From assembly GCA_044358425.1 (NCBI GenBank), contig CP054849.1, positions 1,097,302-1,161,301 on the forward strand: a stretch of DNA of 64,000 bases. The letters run 5' to 3'. Below, piece after piece: positions 59,885 through 64,000 of the stretch. The notes under the pieces are model-generated. The model made no database searches. It saw only the letters and a program-made list of their open reading frames with translations, and had not been told where the DNA came from. Position numbers and translations under genes: made by a program. Position 1 is the stretch's first letter, and each line of letters opens with the position of its first letter. The DNA comes from Marine Group I thaumarchaeote. Its GTDB lineage: Archaea; Thermoproteota; Nitrososphaeria; Nitrososphaerales; Nitrosopumilaceae.

Positions 59885-59956
59885 AAAAAATGTTGAAAAT
59901 AGTGATTAAAATCTGTTGATAATTAAATAGAAAAATAAGAAAAAAGAAAAAATTCT

Positions 59957-60505
59957 TTAATCGTGTGCGTGTGGATTTTCAGAACCAGATTTCATAATAA
60001 CATATGTTCCGGCTGCTTTTTCGTGCCATTCTTGGTTAGCTGATTCGATACGAATAGCTCCTTCAGGACAAATTTCTTGACATGCCATACAAACAGTACA
60101 ATCGTGTTCTCTGATTGGCTGTGATTTGTCGGTATAATCTAATCTTTCATCTTGTTCGGTTAAACCAGTACCTTCGAAGGTTGCATCCATGCAGTCTGCT
60201 GCAGGAATATCTTGTTCGGTTCTGTACCATTGGAATGTTTGAACTGGACATACACTCATGCATGAACCAGCTGCTACACATGAATCCCAATCGACTGCAA
60301 CGGTAGTACCATGAATTCCAAGAGGAACTTGTTCTTCGCCTCTTTCTTCATATGCTGCCTTTACATCATCGTTTGAGAATGCTGCACCATCAGTTCTTCC
60401 CTCACCCCAGATATAATGGAAATTTTCACCATCACCGTGGCTTGTTTTTCCTTTTGGTTTTACATCGTTGTGACAAAAGTCTTCTGGTATTTGTAGATCT
60501 GCCAT
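59957..60505 (-). CDS. Dicluster ferredoxin, zinc-containing archaeal ferredoxin family, paralog A
   Basis: [42 protein letters not shown]. Confidence 0.88.
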   Translation of the reverse strand: MADLQIPEDFCHNDVKPKGKTSHGDGENFHYIWGEGRTDGAAFSNDDVKAAYEERGEEQVPLGIHGTTVAVDWDSCVAAGSCMSVCPVQTFQWYRTEQDIPAADCMDATFEGTGLTEQDERLDYTDKSQPIREHDCTVCMACQEICPEGAIRIESANQEWHEKAAGTYVIMKSGSENPHAHD

Positions 60506-60598
60506 TGGATCCGTTTATTGTGAATATTATTTAAAGCTAAAGAAAATTAGTCAAGACTAAATTAAAAATAAAAAGTTTTGAATCTAAAAATGATTAAT

Positions 60599-61126
<528 letters not shown>

Positions 61127-61239
61127 TTATTATTTAAAGTTAGATGATTTCACAATATCATAACTAATTATTTTAAAAAATGTCGATCTTTTAGGCAGGA
61201 ATGATTTCCTTACGTTCATAACGTATAACGATCAGTAGT

Positions 61240-61911
61240 TTGGATATGGACATAATCAAGTATGATGTGTATAGGGGACCAAATATTGGGGTGTACATTA
61301 CTGTAAATGATTCTATTGGATTAGTTCCAATGGGATTCGCAGAAACTAAGGCAAAAAAATTAGAAGAGTATTTGAACATTGAAGTAATGTATACAGCAAT
61401 TGCCAATACAAGATTAATTGGATCCTTATCAGTTATGAATAACAAAGGATTTCTTTTACCATCTACAGCTTATCAAGATGAATATGATTATTTGAAAAAT
61501 GAAACAGATTTAGAAGTTGGAGTTTTAGATACTAAATTTAATGCACTTGGAAATGTTATTTGTGCAAATGATAAAGGAGCAATTGTTTCACCAGCATTGT
61601 CAAATGAAAATTGTAAAGAAATTGCAGACGTAATGGGAGTTGAAGTAATACAGAAAAAGATATCAGGGTCTCATTTGGCTGGGGTAAATCTACGAGCCAA
61701 TAATTCAGGTGCAGTTATTCACCCAGATGCAGAAGAAAAAGATATCAAAGAAATTGCAGACGTACTAGGCGTAAACGTTGAAAAATGTTCGATAAATGGA
61801 GGCATACCATATGTTTCATCAGGAATTTTAGCAAATAATCATTGTATTGTGGTTGGCTCATTAACAAACGGTTCTGAAATAATGAATTTAACTAAAGCAT
61901 TTCTAAACTAA
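61240..61911 (+). CDS. eif6: Translation initiation factor aIF-6 (start probably 61246)
   Basis: PNIGVY, IANTRLIG, ALGNVICANDKGA, ANNSGAVIHP, INGGIPYV. Confidence 0.95.
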   Translation: MDMDIIKYDVYRGPNIGVYITVNDSIGLVPMGFAETKAKKLEEYLNIEVMYTAIANTRLIGSLSVMNNKGFLLPSTAYQDEYDYLKNETDLEVGVLDTKFNALGNVICANDKGAIVSPALSNENCKEIADVMGVEVIQKKISGSHLAGVNLRANNSGAVIHPDAEEKDIKEIADVLGVNVEKCSINGGIPYVSSGILANNHCIVVGSLTNGSEIMNLTKAFLN

Positions 61912-63172
61912 GAACAGATTTTGGATCATCAGTTAATTTTTCTAAAGAGATAGTTCCTTCAGTTCCACTTTGCATGTCTTTGAGAGTTACATTTCCTTGC
62001 TCTAATTCTTGTGGGCCGACAATTATAGTAAATCTTGAATGATTAGCAATATCCATTTGTTTTTTTAGATTTCTTCCAGCCAAGTCAATATCAGTAGGAA
62101 TATTGTTTAGTCTTAGCAAAGAAGTAATTGAGTGTGCAACTTTTTGCATTTCATCATTAACATATAGAACTGAAACTCTGTATTGTTCAATTTCTGAAAG
62201 AATATTTTGTTCTTGCATAGTTAAAATTATTCTTTCAACACCTCCTGCAACACCAGTTGCTCCAAGATCATCACGATCAAAGGCTTTAGTGAGGGTATCA
62301 TATCTTCCTCCGCCTGCTAAAGCGCCAAGTTTAGAGTTTTTATCAAATACTTCAAAAACAATTCCAGAGTAATAATCCAGTCCTCTAACAATTCCAAAGT
62401 TAATCCTAACATTAGATACACCTCGATTTTCTAGAGATTCAAATAGAGATTTGATATCATTCCATGATTCAAGTTGGGACACATCAAATTTAGACTCAAT
62501 CTCCTTGATTGTCCCTTTTATTTGAGAAAATTCTAAAATTTTTTCTAGATTTTCTTTAGAATATCTATCCTCAAATTCTTTAATAATTTCATCTTTAGAT
62601 TTTTTTGCAATCTTATCTACTGCACGTAACATATCTCCAACTAACTGAGGTTCCTTTGAATCAAAAATTTTGTTGATGTATGATTCAACAAGATTTCTAT
62701 GATTAACATCAATTGTAATATTTTTTAGTAATAATGAATCAAATAGTCGAGACGTTAATTCAATAATTTCAGATTCAGATTCTAAATTGGATTTACCATA
62801 AATTTCAAGATCCCATTGATGAAAATATCGATATCGACCTTTTTGAGGTTCGTCATATCGAAATACACCTCCAAAACTAGAGATTTTGGCTGGAAGTTTC
62901 ATAGATTTCTGAGAAGTAGCATATCTTGTAAGACCCATTGTAAAATCAAATCTTAAAGCAATTTCTCTATCACCTTTATCTTTAAAATAATAAATTTCAT
63001 CTTTGATTGCAGGACCAGATTTTGTTTCAAGTGTTGAAAGTAATTCTATTGGTGAAGGATCCATAAACGAAAAACCATACAAATTTGAAAGTTGTTTAAA
63101 ATGGGATCTTATATGCTCAATATTTGCAGTTTCTGAACCTACAAAATCTTTCATTCCGCGAGGCAGTTCCAA
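61892..63172 (-). CDS. hisS: Histidyl-tRNA synthetase
   Basis: PRGMKDF, LRFDFT, FRYDEPQKGRYRYFHQ, RGLDYYSG, GGGRYD. Confidence 0.97.
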   Translation of the reverse strand: MELPRGMKDFVGSETANIEHIRSHFKQLSNLYGFSFMDPSPIELLSTLETKSGPAIKDEIYYFKDKGDREIALRFDFTMGLTRYATSQKSMKLPAKISSFGGVFRYDEPQKGRYRYFHQWDLEIYGKSNLESESEIIELTSRLFDSLLLKNITIDVNHRNLVESYINKIFDSKEPQLVGDMLRAVDKIAKKSKDEIIKEFEDRYSKENLEKILEFSQIKGTIKEIESKFDVSQLESWNDIKSLFESLENRGVSNVRINFGIVRGLDYYSGIVFEVFDKNSKLGALAGGGRYDTLTKAFDRDDLGATGVAGGVERIILTMQEQNILSEIEQYRVSVLYVNDEMQKVAHSITSLLRLNNIPTDIDLAGRNLKKQMDIANHSRFTIIVGPQELEQGNVTLKDMQSGTEGTISLEKLTDDPKSVLSLEML

Positions 63173-63217
63173 GATAATTATCTCTTGAAAGATTGTGATT
63201 TAGATATTTCTATAACA

Positions 63218-63289
63218 TTAACTGAAATTTTCTTCTAAATCTTGTTCAAGTTCAGGAAAATCATCCCACCAATCTTTAGTTTCAATCAT
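63218..63289 (-). CDS. Candidate 23-aa acidic microprotein (not in ORF track)
   Basis: MIETKDWWDDFPELEQDLEENFS; TATAAG 25 nt upstream of the ATG. Confidence 0.45.
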   Translation of the reverse strand: MIETKDWWDDFPELEQDLEENFS

Positions 63290-63393
63290 TTCTATTGAAA
63301 ATGATTTTTCTTAGCTTATAGATCTTTGCAAAATAATATCCACATATTCTTAATTTAATTAAAAATAATATAATTATCATATGGAGTTAAGAT

Positions 63394-64000
63394 ATGGAAA
63401 TTAAAATTGGATGTACTGGATGGAGTTATCAAGGATGGTCTGGAACATTTTATCCAAAAAAACTAAAAAGTTCTGAATGGTTAAAATATTACTCACAAAT
63501 TTTTAGCATTACTGAGATTAATTCAACATTTTATAAAATTCCATCTCAAGAAATTGTTAGAAAATGGAATGCTGATACACCAATACATTTTAAATTTACA
63601 GCAAAATTTCCATCAATTATTACACATAAAAAAAGATTAGTAGACATAGATTCGGAAGTATTTTCATTTTTAACATCACTTTTACCAATTCATGAAAAAA
63701 TTTCAGCACTAGTTTTACAATTACCACCATCACTAACATTTGATGAGGCAAAACCAAGATTAGAAAAAATATTCGATATTTTGCCTAAAGATTTTTTGTA
63801 TCCAATTGAAGGCAGGCATGAATCATGGTTTACTGAAAAGGCTTTAGAATATTTTAAACAAAAAAAACATTGTCTTGTTTGGAACGTAATAGATGGAGTT
63901 AACAATCCAATGCCAATTACATCAAATTATCTTTATCTTAGATTAATTGGAGATAGAAGCATTCCAGATAATCAATTTGGTAAAATTAGAAAAGATAAAA
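63394..64000 (+). CDS. DUF72 family protein, 3'-truncated by the window edge (not in ORF track)
   Basis: MEIKIGCTGWSYQGW..FYP, EINSTFY, AKFP..ITH, LQLPPS, IEGRHESW, YLRLIG; frame is open to the end. Confidence 0.92.
   Translation, partial: MEIKIGCTGWSYQGWSGTFYPKKLKSSEWLKYYSQIFSITEINSTFYKIPSQEIVRKWNADTPIHFKFTAKFPSIITHKKRLVDIDSEVFSFLTSLLPIHEKISALVLQLPPSLTFDEAKPRLEKIFDILPKDFLYPIEGRHESWFTEKALEYFKQKKHCLVWNVIDGVNNPMPITSNYLYLRLIGDRSIPDNQFGKIRKDK

Overview
AT-rich (about 30% GC by eye), gene-dense core-genome segment of a marine ammonia-oxidising archaeon (Nitrosopumilus-like, Nitrososphaerota). It holds the 11-subunit complex I operon (nuoABCDHIJKMLN, no nuoEFG), the acetyl-/propionyl-CoA carboxylase of the 3HP/4HB cycle, succinate dehydrogenase, non-oxidative pentose phosphate genes (with a transketolase-N/Rpe fusion), replication genes (gins-mcm-hel308, rfcS, rfcL), two FNR paralogs, two tandem ferredoxins, a stand-alone 5S rRNA and seven tRNAs. 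I saw no mobile elements, CRISPR arrays or inteins. Best leads: (1) a 375-aa hypothetical protein that aligns by eye with the trans-prenyltransferase fold but has remodelled motifs; (2) a HemA paralog lacking its catalytic Cys, probably co-transcribed with an unknown protein; (3) an unannotated dual-guide C/D-box sRNA; (4) six GATC sites in 75 bp upstream of gins-mcm; (5) a tandem palindrome at the padR/sdh divergent promoter; (6) three small ORFs missed by the ORF track. All assignments come from motif recognition only; no searches were run.
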